A stretch of DNA of 64,000 nucleotides from Escherichia coli (GTDB lineage Bacteria > Pseudomonadota > Gammaproteobacteria > Enterobacterales > Enterobacteriaceae), in NCBI RefSeq assembly GCF_001677475.2, contig NZ_CP015229.1; one strand, written 5' to 3'. Position numbers and translations under genes: made by a program. Below are positions 16,060 through 30,283 of this stretch, one piece after another; positions within the stretch are counted from its first letter, which is position 1; each line of letters starts with the position of its first letter. Below the pieces are notes generated by a model, which ran no database searches, had not been told where the DNA came from, and saw nothing but the letters and a program-made list of their open reading frames with translations.

Positions 16060-17268
16060 TCAGGCGTCGCGTTCAAGCAAACGACGCGCGGCGCGTTTCT
16101 GGCTAAACTGCCAACCCAGCGCAAGGAAAGTGAAGATGCCAATAATGCCCAGCATCATCCACGGAAGCTCTGGCTGGTGCGCCGATTTGCCTAGGTCAAA
16201 CAGCCAGCCACCACCGATATAACCAATAGCGCCGCCAATCGCCAGACCCAGACGGCTAAACCCCATATAGCTGCCGCGAGCTCTTGCGTCCGCCAGCGAA
16301 GCACTTAAGGTTTCTCGCGCAGGCTCGGCAATGATCGACCCGATATAAAACAGACAAATTAGAGTGAAAAGTTGTTGCAGGCCGCTGACCATGCCCACCG
16401 GCATCATGCTTAATGACATTATCAACAGCCCAGCCATCAACCGGTGTTCCAGACGAAAATGCTTTTCACTCCAGCGGGCGATAGGGTAGAGCAACGTTAA
16501 CGACAGACACGCTTCAATGGCATACATCCATTTAACGGCAGAGGGCGCGCCAGCCACGTCGTTGACCATAATTGGCAGCATCAGCATCACTTGTACAGCC
16601 AGCATGTAGTAACCCGCCAGCGTCAGAACATAGGTGACAAAACGCTTGTCGCGCATCACGCGGGTCATGCCTTCGCGAACGGGCGTGCGTACGGTGGAGA
16701 GTTTCCATGCTGGTAACAACCACGCATTGAACGCTGCACACAGCACAAACAAAACGGCCCCTGTGGCGCAGACCAGGCGAAAGTCGTATTGCAACAGCCA
16801 GCTCCCCAACAATGCGCCAATGACCGCACCGGCACTGTCCTGCATCATCAACAGCGAGAAAAAACGACCACGCTGTTGTGGACGGATTAGTTTCACCACC
16901 AGCGCCGAACGTGGCGGATCAAACAACGTGCCGCCGAGTCCCGAAAGCAGGCATGAAAACCATAATAGCCACGGTTCGTGGGCGATACCCATTGTGGCGA
17001 ATCCGGCGGCACGCATCAGCATACCGGTAACAATCATCGGTTTGGCACCAAAGCGGTCGGCAATTGCGCCGCCGAAAATACCCAGACCTTGCTGAATAAA
17101 CTGGCGTAGACCGAGAGCAATACCGACCATGACGGCGGCCCAGCCCATTTGATCAACGAAGCGGATAGAGATCAGCGGGAAGACAACAAAGAACCCCAGC
17201 ACGACCAGCATATTATCGATGAGCAGGAAATATTTACCCAGGTTCCTCGCCTGCGACACGCGGGACAT
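16060..17268 (-). CDS. mdtH: MFS multidrug resistance transporter MdtH
   Basis: ORF 16060..17298; start set at [14 protein letters not shown] (402 aa). Confidence 0.9.
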
Positions 17269-17503
17269 TTCCCCTCCCGGGAAATAAAAGATGAGCACTT
17301 TCTATTCTGCATTGCCGCTAAGACTTTTCCCATCACTTCGGGGACAATATTTTTTTATCAAAACGTCGCTTTGATAGAGAGTTTTTATCAAATATGTGAA
17401 TAATGCAGAAAATGGCATTTTGGACTTTTCACAGGGTCTGGTTGCGCAGGTATAGTAATACTTACAGCGTATTAAAGACGTTACGGGAAGGAGTAGGTAT
17501 AGA

Positions 17504-18746
<1,243 letters not shown>

Positions 18747-18747
18747 A

Positions 18748-19671
18748 GTGAAAAAATTACGTATCGGCGTAGTGGGATTAGGCGGCATTGCGCAAAAAGC
18801 GTGGTTACCGGTGCTGGCGGCAGCGTCTGACTGGACGATACAAGGAGCCTGGTCGCCTACGCGCGCGAAAGCCCTGCCAATTTGTGACAGCTGGCGCATT
18901 CCTTATGCTGATTCGTTATCCAGCCTTGCCGTCAGTTGCGATGCGGTTTTTGTGCATTCCAGCACCGCCAGCCACTTTGACGTGGTCAGTACGTTACTCA
19001 ATGCGGGGGTACATGTCTGTGTCGATAAACCGCTGGCAGAAAATCTGCGCGATGCTGAACGGCTGGTGGAACTGGCGGCGCGGAAAAAACTGACGTTGAT
19101 GGTCGGTTTTAACCGTCGTTTCGCACCACTCTACGGTGAGTTAAAAACGCAACTCGCCACCGCAGCCTCGCTAAGAATGGATAAACATCGTAGCAATAGC
19201 GTCGGGCCACACGATCTTTATTTCACGTTGCTGGATGATTATCTGCATGTGGTGGATACCGCGCTGTGGTTGTCGGGTGGTAAAGCCTCTCTGGATGGCG
19301 GTACGCTACTGACTAACGACGCTGGCGAAATGCTGTTTGCCGAGCACCATTTTTCGGCTGGTCCTTTGCAGATCACCACCTGTATGCATCGCCGTGCCGG
19401 AAGTCAGCGTGAAACCGTGCAGGCCGTTACTGACGGTGCGCTCATCGACATTACGGATATGCGCGAATGGCGTGAGGAGCGTGGGCAGGGTGTAGTGAAT
19501 AAACCGATTCCTGGTTGGCAGAGCACTCTTGAGCAACGTGGATTTGTCGGCTGTGCGCGGCACTTCATTGAATGTGTGCAAAATCAGACAGTTCCGCAAA
19601 CCGCCGGCGAACAGGCAGTGCTGGCGCAACGTATCGTTGACAAGATCTGGCGCGATGCGATGAGTGAATAA
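18748..19671 (+). CDS. mviM: Gfo/Idh/MocA-family oxidoreductase MviM (YceM)
   Basis: ORF 18715..19671; GTG start at 18748 gives (M)KKLRIGVVGLGGIAQKA Rossmann N-terminus. Confidence 0.85.
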   Translation: MKKLRIGVVGLGGIAQKAWLPVLAAASDWTIQGAWSPTRAKALPICDSWRIPYADSLSSLAVSCDAVFVHSSTASHFDVVSTLLNAGVHVCVDKPLAENLRDAERLVELAARKKLTLMVGFNRRFAPLYGELKTQLATAASLRMDKHRSNSVGPHDLYFTLLDDYLHVVDTALWLSGGKASLDGGTLLTNDAGEMLFAEHHFSAGPLQITTCMHRRAGSQRETVQAVTDGALIDITDMREWREERGQGVVNKPIPGWQSTLEQRGFVGCARHFIECVQNQTVPQTAGEQAVLAQRIVDKIWRDAMSE

Positions 19672-19693
19672 ACCCTGTAACATCTGGCGGTAG

Positions 19694-21316
<1,623 letters not shown>

Positions 21317-21355
21317 CAATGCATTCCGGCCTGCAGTGCAGGCCGGAGATAATCT

Positions 21356-21772
21356 TCAGATCGAAATCTTTTTACTGCCGCGATGGGGGGTTGAGGTCTG
21401 ACCGTTCGCCCCATATAGCGTCGGTTCCTGATGCGGTTTCAACATTTCCAGCGCCTGTTGATTGCGCTCAATCTGTCCTTCCAGTAACCAGCCGTTATGT
21501 TGATTCATTTGGCGTAGTTGCTGCGTTTTCACAGTAATTTCCTGCCAGCGTTGACTAATATCAACGCTATTTGCTGTATTGGGTTCTTTCCTGCGTAACT
21601 GTTCGAGGTAATCCAGCGTCGCCAGCAGTGAGCTTTTTTGTTCTGTAATCCATTGCAACTGGCTGCCGTTGATCTGCCCCATAGAGAGATGTTGCTGCTC
21701 TTGATCCATTACCGTTTTGAGATCGTTAAGCACAGCGGACATCTGGTCGAGGATCTCTGCAAGACGCGTCAT
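21356..21772 (-). CDS. flgN: Flagellar export chaperone FlgN
   Basis: 138 aa; matches recalled FlgN. Confidence 0.92.
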   Translation of the reverse strand: MTRLAEILDQMSAVLNDLKTVMDQEQQHLSMGQINGSQLQWITEQKSSLLATLDYLEQLRRKEPNTANSVDISQRWQEITVKTQQLRQMNQHNGWLLEGQIERNQQALEMLKPHQEPTLYGANGQTSTPHRGSKKISI

Positions 21773-21776
21773 ACGA

Positions 21777-22070
21777 TCAGTTACTCTGCAAGTCTTGCTG
21801 AGCTTCGTTGATCAGCGCATCGGCAATTTTGCCGGTGTCCATTTTTAGTTCACCGTTACGAATCGCCAGTTTTAACGCTTCGACACGTTCAAGATTGATA
21901 TCACTGCTGCCGGGTTGCATCAGTTTTGCTTGCGCGTCGCTTAACGTCACACTGGTGCTGGTGGAGGCTGTTGTTTTTGCCGCCCGGGTGTTCGTTACCG
22001 GCGCGTCAGTGGTTTCGCGCGGTTGAACGGTGCTTACGGGCTTCAGAGGCGAAGTGCGATCAATACTCAT
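21777..22070 (-). CDS. flgM: Anti-sigma-28 factor FlgM
   Basis: 97 aa; matches recalled FlgM. Confidence 0.93.
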   Translation of the reverse strand: MSIDRTSPLKPVSTVQPRETTDAPVTNTRAAKTTASTSTSVTLSDAQAKLMQPGSSDINLERVEALKLAIRNGELKMDTGKIADALINEAQQDLQSN

Positions 22071-22113
22071 GGTTTATTCCTCATTGAGGGCGCTTTTATC
22101 ATGTGTTGCTTAT

Positions 22114-22140
22114 TTATCGGCAAGGGACGGGTAATCTTTA
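22114..22140 (-). promoter_or_regulatory. Sigma-28 (FliA) class 3 promoter for flgMN
   Basis: Minus strand reads TAAAGATT-N11-GCCGATAA, a near-perfect match to the sigma-28 consensus TAAAGTTT-N11-GCCGATAA. Confidence 0.75.
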
Positions 22141-22145
22141 ACAGC

Positions 22146-22805
22146 TTACAGGTTTATAAGAATATTCCCATCTGCATCAACAACGCCGCTGACCACCAGT
22201 CCCGATACCATGCGCACCCGCGCATTCTGTGCGACGGCTGCATTGTTTAGCGCCTGACCTTCTGCGTTGGCGCTAAACCCGTCACCGCTGGCGATCACGT
22301 TGACGCGTTGTCCCGCTTTTACCCGCCATGCCTGGCGAAACTGGGTTAACTGGATAGGTTGATCGGGTGATAGATCGCGCAGGCTAACGGCATCAACAAG
22401 TTGATTGATATCCAGCACCGTACGCGGTGGCAAGGTGTCCAGCCGTCCGCGTTTCAGTTTGACATTGCCAGCTTCCAGCTTTCCTCCCCGCACAATGGGC
22501 ATTGCGGCAACCACATAATTTCCTGTGGCCTGCACATTAACCTGTAAATATCGTTTGTCGTTACCGCAGCGTGCCAACACATTCACATTGCCCCACAGGC
22601 GGGAATTATTGCTCATCGAAAGCAATGGCTGCTCGCACGGCGGTAGTAGATTGGGCGCTGTACGAATAGAAACACGAACCTCATCACTTACCCCCGCGAG
22701 CTGGGCGCTAAAAAAGGTGTGCAATTGCGATGTGAGATTGCTCGCCGCACTTAACGGACTGAACAGTATCGCTATGATCGCCACGCTACGTTTTATTGCC
22801 AGCAT
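22146..22805 (-). CDS. flgA: Flagellar P-ring assembly chaperone FlgA
   Basis: ORF 22146..22868; start set at MLAIKRSVAIIAILFSPLSAAS (signal peptide). Confidence 0.88.
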   Translation of the reverse strand: MLAIKRSVAIIAILFSPLSAASNLTSQLHTFFSAQLAGVSDEVRVSIRTAPNLLPPCEQPLLSMSNNSRLWGNVNVLARCGNDKRYLQVNVQATGNYVVAAMPIVRGGKLEAGNVKLKRGRLDTLPPRTVLDINQLVDAVSLRDLSPDQPIQLTQFRQAWRVKAGQRVNVIASGDGFSANAEGQALNNAAVAQNARVRMVSGLVVSGVVDADGNILINL

Positions 22806-22960
22806 TTTCGCCCCCCAGCCATTTCTACAACGTGAATTGTACCTGTCCGCAATGACCATCAACGGCATAAATAGCGACCCATTTTGCGTTTATTCCGCCG
22901 ATAACGCGCGCGTAAAGGCATTTAAGCTGATGGCAGAATTTTGATACCTGCGGAGGAGAT
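22806..22960. promoter_or_regulatory. Divergent flgA / flgB class 2 (FlhDC-dependent) promoter region
   Basis: Intergenic region between divergent flgA and flgB operon starts; assignment rests on operon architecture, no motif verified. Confidence 0.5.
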
Positions 22961-23377
22961 ATGCTCGATAAGCTCGACGCCGCCTTACGTTTTCAACAAG
23001 AGGCGCTCAATCTGCGCGCCCAGCGTCAGGAAGTGCTGGCAGCAAACATCGCCAATGCCGATACCCCTGGTTATCAGGCTCGCGATATCGATTTTGCCAG
23101 TGAACTTAAAAAAGTCATGCAACGTGGACGGGATGCAACAAGCGTGGTTGCACTGACGATGACCTCAACGCAACACATTCCGGCGCAGGCGCTGACGCCT
23201 CCTACCGCAGAACTGCAATACCGTATTCCGGACCAGCCCTCGCTGGATGGTAATACCGTCGATATGGATCGCGAACGCACTCAGTTTGCCGATAACAGCC
23301 TGCAATACCAGATGAGCCTTAGCGCGTTGAGCGGGCAAATCAAAGGCATGATGAACGTTTTACAGAGCGGAAATTAA
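22961..23377 (+). CDS. flgB: Flagellar basal-body rod protein FlgB
   Basis: 138 aa; matches recalled FlgB. Confidence 0.95.
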
Positions 23378-23380
23378 CGG

Positions 23381-23785
23381 ATGGCACTGCTGAATATTTT
23401 TGATATCGCCGGGTCGGCGTTAACTGCCCAGTCCCAGCGCCTGAACGTGGCGGCCAGTAATCTGGCGAATGCTGATAGCGTGACCGGTCCCGATGGACAG
23501 CCATATCGGGCAAAACAGGTGGTATTTCAGGTTAACGCTGCGCCAGGTGCTGCGACAGGCGGCGTAAAGGTGGCCGATGTTATAGAAAGTCAGGCCCCGG
23601 ACAAACTAGTTTATGAACCGGGTAATCCGCTGGCGGATGCAAAGGGCTACGTGAAAATGCCAAACGTTGATGTCGTCGGGGAGATGGTTAACACCATGTC
23701 GGCGTCACGCAGCTATCAGGCCAATGTTGAAGTGCTCAACACGGTGAAAAGCATGATGCTGAAAACCCTTACGCTCGGTCAATAA
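23381..23785 (+). CDS. flgC: Flagellar basal-body rod protein FlgC
   Basis: 134 aa; matches recalled FlgC. Confidence 0.95.
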
Positions 23786-23796
23786 AGGAGAAAGCT

Positions 23797-24492
23797 ATGT
23801 CCATTGCGGTAACCACAACCGATCCGACAAATACCGGCGTCAGCACCACCAGCAGTAGTTCGCTCACGGGCAGCAACGCCGCAGATTTACAAAGCAGTTT
23901 TCTGACTTTGCTGGTGGCGCAGCTGAAAAACCAGGACCCGACCAATCCAATGGAAAACAACGAGCTGACGTCGCAATTGGCACAAATCAGCACGGTTAGC
24001 GGGATTGAAAAACTCAATACCACGCTCGGATCTATTTCCGGACAGATTGATAACAGCCAGTCGTTACAGGCCAGTAACCTGATCGGTCACGGCGTGATGA
24101 TCCCCGGCACCACTGTTCTTGCGGGAACCGGCAGTGAAGAAGGGGCTGTGACCACGACCACGCCGTTTGGTGTTGAGTTGCAACAGGCGGCAGACAAAGT
24201 TACGGCCACCATCACCGATAAAAATGGCGCGGTTGTGCGCACCATTGATATTGGTGAACTGACCGCCGGAGTCCACAGTTTCACCTGGGACGGTACGTTG
24301 ACTGACGGCAGCACTGCGCCGAACGGTTCTTACAACGTAGCGATTAGCGCCAGTAACGGTGGTACACAACTGGTTGCCCAGCCGCTGCAGTTTGCTCTGG
24401 TGCAGGGTGTGATCCGCGGCAACAACGGTAATACGCTGGATCTCGGCACTTACGGCACCACCACCCTCGACGAAGTACGGCAGATAATTTAA
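23797..24492 (+). CDS. flgD: Flagellar hook capping/assembly protein FlgD
   Basis: 231 aa; matches recalled FlgD. Confidence 0.93.
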   Translation: MSIAVTTTDPTNTGVSTTSSSSLTGSNAADLQSSFLTLLVAQLKNQDPTNPMENNELTSQLAQISTVSGIEKLNTTLGSISGQIDNSQSLQASNLIGHGVMIPGTTVLAGTGSEEGAVTTTTPFGVELQQAADKVTATITDKNGAVVRTIDIGELTAGVHSFTWDGTLTDGSTAPNGSYNVAISASNGGTQLVAQPLQFALVQGVIRGNNGNTLDLGTYGTTTLDEVRQII

Positions 24493-24516
24493 GCCTTCAC
24501 ATTTCAGGAGTCAGTC

Positions 24517-25722
24517 ATGGCCTTTTCTCAAGCGGTTAGCGGATTAAACGCTGCCGCCACCAACCTCGATGTTATTGGCAACAATATCGCCAACTCCGCC
24601 ACCTACGGCTTTAAATCAGGCACGGCCTCTTTTGCCGATATGTTTGCCGGTTCGAAAGTGGGACTGGGGGTAAAAGTTGCTGGTATCACTCAGGACTTTA
24701 CCGATGGCACGACCACCAACACCGGGCGTGGTCTGGACGTTGCTATCAGCCAGAACGGTTTTTTCCGTCTGGTAGACAGCAACGGTTCGGTGTTCTACAG
24801 CCGTAACGGACAATTTAAGCTGGATGAAAATCGTAACCTGGTGAATATGCAAGGTTTACAGCTGACGGGTTACCCGGCAACCGGTACGCCGCCGACTATT
24901 CAGCAAGGGGCGAATCCGACTAACATTTCGATCCCGAATACCCTGATGGCAGCGAAAACTACCACCACTGCGTCGATGCAGATCAACCTGAATTCCAGCG
25001 ATCCGCTTCCCTCTGTTAACGCATTTGATGCCAGCAATGAGGATAGCTATAACAAAAAAGGTTCGGTGACTGTTTTCGATAGTCAGGGTAATGCTCATGA
25101 CATGAGCGTCTACTTTGTGAAGACCGGGGATAATAACTGGGAGGTTTACACCCAGGATAGCAGTGATCCAACAGGCACAGCTGACCATGCAATGACGCTG
25201 GTGTTTAATGCCAATGGCGTTCTGACGTCAAATCCAACAGAGAATATTACAACTGGCGCAATTAACGGTGCAGAACCCGCCACGTTTAGCCTGAGCTTCC
25301 TCAACTCCATGCAGCAAAATACTGGCGCTAACAACATTGTGGCAACCACCCAAAATGGCTACAAACCGGGCGATCTGGTGAGTTATCAAATCAATGATGA
25401 CGGTACGGTTGTTGGCAACTATTCCAACGAACAAACCCAACTGCTGGGGCAGATTGTACTGGCGAACTTTGCCAACAACGAAGGTCTGGCATCCGAAGGC
25501 GACAACGTCTGGTCTGCGACGCAATCTTCTGGCGTGGCGCTGTTGGGGACAGCCGGGACGGGCAACTTTGGCACCCTGACCAACGGTGCGCTGGAAGCGT
25601 CCAACGTCGATCTCAGTAAAGAACTGGTCAATATGATCGTTGCCCAGCGTAACTATCAATCTAACGCCCAGACCATCAAAACCCAGGACCAGATCCTCAA
25701 CACGCTGGTTAACTTACGCTAA
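24517..25722 (+). CDS. flgE: Flagellar hook protein FlgE
   Basis: 401 aa; conserved axial N- and C-termini (MAFSQAVSGLNAA...; ...NYQSNAQTIKTQDQILNTLVNLR). Confidence 0.95.
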   Translation: MAFSQAVSGLNAAATNLDVIGNNIANSATYGFKSGTASFADMFAGSKVGLGVKVAGITQDFTDGTTTNTGRGLDVAISQNGFFRLVDSNGSVFYSRNGQFKLDENRNLVNMQGLQLTGYPATGTPPTIQQGANPTNISIPNTLMAAKTTTTASMQINLNSSDPLPSVNAFDASNEDSYNKKGSVTVFDSQGNAHDMSVYFVKTGDNNWEVYTQDSSDPTGTADHAMTLVFNANGVLTSNPTENITTGAINGAEPATFSLSFLNSMQQNTGANNIVATTQNGYKPGDLVSYQINDDGTVVGNYSNEQTQLLGQIVLANFANNEGLASEGDNVWSATQSSGVALLGTAGTGNFGTLTNGALEASNVDLSKELVNMIVAQRNYQSNAQTIKTQDQILNTLVNLR

Positions 25723-25741
25723 TCGCTGACGGGATAGCTCA

Positions 25742-26497
25742 ATGGATCACGCAATTTATACCGCGATGGGAGCAGCCAGTCAGACGCTGAATCAACAGGC
25801 GGTAACCGCCAGTAATCTGGCCAATGCCTCTACGCCCGGTTTTCGCGCGCAGTTAAACGCCTTGCGCGCAGTGCCGGTGGAAGGGCTTTCACTGCCCACG
25901 CGCACGCTGGTAACGGCGTCAACACCGGGTGCAGACATGACGCCCGGCAAGATGGATTACACCTCGCGCCCGCTGGACGTTGCGTTGCAGCAGGATGGCT
26001 GGCTGGCCGTGCAGACCGCTGACGGCAGCGAAGGGTATACGCGTAATGGCAGCATTCAGGTTGATCCCACCGGGCAACTGACAATTCAGGGGCATCAGGT
26101 GATAGGCGAGGCGGGGCCAATTGCTGTGCCGGAAGGGGCGGAAATCACTATTGCTGCCGATGGCACAATCTCGGCGCTCAATCCGGGCGATCCGGCAAAT
26201 ACGGTTGCGCCAGTAGGGCGTCTGAAACTGGTGAAAGCCACGGGCAGCGAAGTGCAGCGCGGTGACGACGGCATTTTTCGTTTAAGCGCAGAAACCCAGG
26301 CCACGCGTGGGCCTGTACTGCAGGCAGATCCAACCTTGCGTGTGATGTCGGGTGTTCTGGAAGGCAGTAACGTCAATGCCGTTGCGGCAATGAGCGACAT
26401 GATTGCCAGCGCGCGGCGTTTTGAAATGCAGATGAAGGTGATCAGCAGCGTCGATGATAACGCAGGCCGTGCCAACCAACTGCTGTCGATGAGTTAA
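25742..26497 (+). CDS. flgF: Flagellar proximal rod protein FlgF
   Basis: 251 aa; matches recalled FlgF. Confidence 0.95.
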   Translation: MDHAIYTAMGAASQTLNQQAVTASNLANASTPGFRAQLNALRAVPVEGLSLPTRTLVTASTPGADMTPGKMDYTSRPLDVALQQDGWLAVQTADGSEGYTRNGSIQVDPTGQLTIQGHQVIGEAGPIAVPEGAEITIAADGTISALNPGDPANTVAPVGRLKLVKATGSEVQRGDDGIFRLSAETQATRGPVLQADPTLRVMSGVLEGSNVNAVAAMSDMIASARRFEMQMKVISSVDDNAGRANQLLSMS

Positions 26498-26536
26498 TTG
26501 AACGATTGATGACATTGCAATAAAAGCGAGCGGACT

Positions 26537-27417
<881 letters not shown>

Positions 27418-27469
27418 GGCATAACCGGTGGCAGGTTCACCGGTTTACTGATTTTTGAAGATGATAGCC

Positions 27470-28168
27470 ATGCAAAAAAACGCTGCGCATACTTATGCCA
27501 TATCCAGTTTGTTGGTGCTTTCACTAACCGGCTGCGCCTGGATACCCTCCACGCCGCTGGTGCAGGGGGCGACCAGTGCACAACCGGTTCCCGGTCCGAC
27601 GCCCGTCGCCAACGGTTCTATTTTCCAGTCTGCTCAGCCGATTAACTATGGCTATCAACCGCTGTTTGAAGATCGTCGACCACGCAATATTGGCGATACG
27701 CTGACCATCGTGTTGCAGGAGAACGTCAGCGCCAGCAAAAGCTCCTCTGCAAATGCCAGCCGTGACGGTAAAACTAATTTTGGCTTTGATACTGTGCCGC
27801 GCTATTTGCAGGGGCTGTTTGGTAACGCTCGTGCCGATGTCGAAGCCTCCGGTGGTAACACGTTCAACGGAAAGGGCGGGGCCAATGCCAGCAATACCTT
27901 TAGCGGCACGTTGACGGTGACGGTTGACCAGGTACTGGTCAACGGCAACCTGCATGTGGTGGGTGAAAAACAGATTGCCATTAATCAGGGTACCGAATTT
28001 ATTCGCTTCTCTGGCGTGGTTAATCCACGCACTATCAGCGGCAGCAATACCGTACCGTCTACTCAGGTGGCGGATGCGCGTATTGAATACGTAGGCAATG
28101 GCTACATTAACGAAGCGCAAAATATGGGCTGGTTGCAGCGTTTCTTCCTTAACCTGTCGCCAATGTAA
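27470..28168 (+). CDS. flgH: Flagellar L-ring lipoprotein FlgH
   Basis: ORF 27455..28168; start set at [22 protein letters not shown] (lipobox). Confidence 0.93.
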
Positions 28169-28179
28169 GTGAGGCTGTG

Positions 28180-29277
28180 GTGATTAAATTTCTCTCTGCA
28201 TTAATTCTTCTACTGGTTACGACGGCGGCTCAGGCTGAGCGTATTCGCGATCTCACCAGTGTTCAGGGGGTAAGGCAAAACTCACTGATTGGCTATGGTC
28301 TGGTGGTGGGGCTGGATGGCACCGGTGACCAGACAACCCAGACGCCGTTTACCACACAAACGCTTAATAACATGCTCTCACAGCTGGGAATTACCGTTCC
28401 GACGGGCACCAATATGCAGCTAAAAAACGTCGCTGCGGTAATGGTGACAGCGTCACTTCCGCCGTTTGGACGTCAGGGGCAAACCATCGATGTGGTGGTT
28501 TCTTCCATGGGTAATGCCAAAAGCTTGCGTGGAGGTACGTTGTTGATGACACCGCTTAAGGGCGTTGACAGTCAGGTGTATGCGCTGGCACAGGGCAATA
28601 TTCTGGTTGGCGGCGCAGGGGCCTCCGCTGGCGGTAGCAGTGTTCAGGTGAACCAACTGAACGGTGGACGGATCACCAATGGTGCGGTTATTGAACGTGA
28701 ATTGCCCAGCCAGTTTGGCGTCGGGAATACCCTTAATTTGCAACTTAACGACGAAGATTTCAGCATGGCGCAGCAAATCGCTGACACCATCAACCGCGTG
28801 CGTGGATATGGCAGCGCCACCGCGTTAGATGCGCGGACTATTCAGGTGCGCGTACCGAGTGGCAACAGTTCCCAGGTCCGCTTCCTTGCCGATATCCAGA
28901 ATATGCAGGTTAATGTCACCCCGCAGGACGCTAAAGTAGTGATTAACTCGCGCACCGGTTCGGTGGTGATGAATCGCGAAGTGACCCTCGACAGCTGCGC
29001 GGTAGCGCAGGGGAATCTCTCGGTTACAGTCAATCGTCAGGCCAATGTCAGCCAGCCAGATACACCGTTTGGTGGTGGGCAGACTGTGGTTACTCCACAA
29101 ACGCAGATCGATTTACGCCAGAGCGGCGGTTCGTTGCAAAGCGTACGTTCCAGCGCCAGCCTCAATAACGTGGTGCGCGCGCTCAATGCGCTGGGCGCTA
29201 CGCCGATGGATCTGATGTCTATTTTGCAATCAATGCAAAGTGCGGGATGTCTGCGGGCAAAACTGGAAATCATCTGA
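28180..29277 (+). CDS. flgI: Flagellar P-ring protein FlgI
   Basis: ORF 28177..29277; GTG start at 28180 gives (M)[18 protein letters not shown] signal peptide. Confidence 0.93.
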
Positions 29278-30218
29278 TGATCAGCGACAGCAAACTACTG
29301 GCAAGTGCGGCCTGGGATGCGCAATCACTCAACGAACTAAAGGCGAAAGCGGGCGAAGATCCGGCGGCAAATATCCGTCCGGTGGCCCGCCAGGTGGAAG
29401 GGATGTTCGTGCAGATGATGTTGAAAAGCATGCGCGACGCTTTACCAAAAGATGGTCTGTTCAGCAGCGAGCACACTCGCCTGTATACCAGTATGTATGA
29501 CCAGCAAATTGCCCAACAGATGACGGCGGGCAAAGGTCTGGGGCTTGCTGAGATGATGGTTAAACAGATGACGCCAGAACAACCATTGCCAGAGGAGCCC
29601 ACGCCAGCAGCACCGATGAAATTCCCGCTCGAAACCGTGGTGCGTTATCAAAATCAGACGCTTTCGCAGCTGGTGCAAAAGGCCGTACCACGTAACTACG
29701 ATGATTCGCTGCCGGGTGACAGTAAAGCATTCCTCGCGCAACTCTCGCTGCCCGCCCAACTGGCAAGCCAGCAAAGCGGTGTGCCACATCATTTGATCCT
29801 CGCTCAGGCGGCGCTGGAATCTGGTTGGGGGCAACGGCAAATCCGCCGCGAAAACGGCGAGCCGAGCTATAACCTGTTTGGTGTCAAAGCCTCTGGCAAC
29901 TGGAAAGGGCCAGTCACTGAAATCACCACGACTGAATATGAAAATGGGGAAGCGAAGAAAGTAAAAGCGAAGTTTCGGGTCTACAGCTCGTATCTGGAAG
30001 CATTGTCGGATTACGTTGGGCTGTTAACGCGTAACCCGCGCTACGCCGCCGTGACGACCGCCACGAGTGCGGAGCAGGGGGCGCAGGCCCTACAGGACGC
30101 GGGCTATGCCACCGATCCTCACTATGCCCGCAAACTCACCAACATGATTCAGCAGATGAAATCGATAAGCGACAAGGTGAGCCAAACCTACAGCATGAAC
30201 ATTAATAATCTGTTCTGA
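29277..30218 (+). CDS. flgJ: Flagellar rod-assembly protein / peptidoglycan hydrolase FlgJ
   Basis: ORF 29247..30218; start at [17 protein letters not shown] overlapping flgI TGA (TGATG). Confidence 0.92.
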   Translation: MISDSKLLASAAWDAQSLNELKAKAGEDPAANIRPVARQVEGMFVQMMLKSMRDALPKDGLFSSEHTRLYTSMYDQQIAQQMTAGKGLGLAEMMVKQMTPEQPLPEEPTPAAPMKFPLETVVRYQNQTLSQLVQKAVPRNYDDSLPGDSKAFLAQLSLPAQLASQQSGVPHHLILAQAALESGWGQRQIRRENGEPSYNLFGVKASGNWKGPVTEITTTEYENGEAKKVKAKFRVYSSYLEALSDYVGLLTRNPRYAAVTTATSAEQGAQALQDAGYATDPHYARKLTNMIQQMKSISDKVSQTYSMNINNLF

Positions 30219-30223
30219 ATAAT

Positions 30224-30250
30224 TCAAGTCCGGCGGGTCGCTGCCGATAA
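30224..30250 (+). promoter_or_regulatory. Sigma-28 class 3 promoter for flgKL
   Basis: TCAAGTCC-N11-GCCGATAA; -10 element is an exact match to sigma-28 consensus, about 30 nt upstream of flgK start. Confidence 0.7.
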
Positions 30251-30283
30251 TACTCTGTAATTGAAGGCTTATAAGGAACCTCC

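Noticed and set aside
24517-25722. Possible allelic variation in the flgE surface domain
   Set aside because: I cannot reliably recall the reference E. coli FlgE central-domain sequence, so any claimed divergence would be unsupported.
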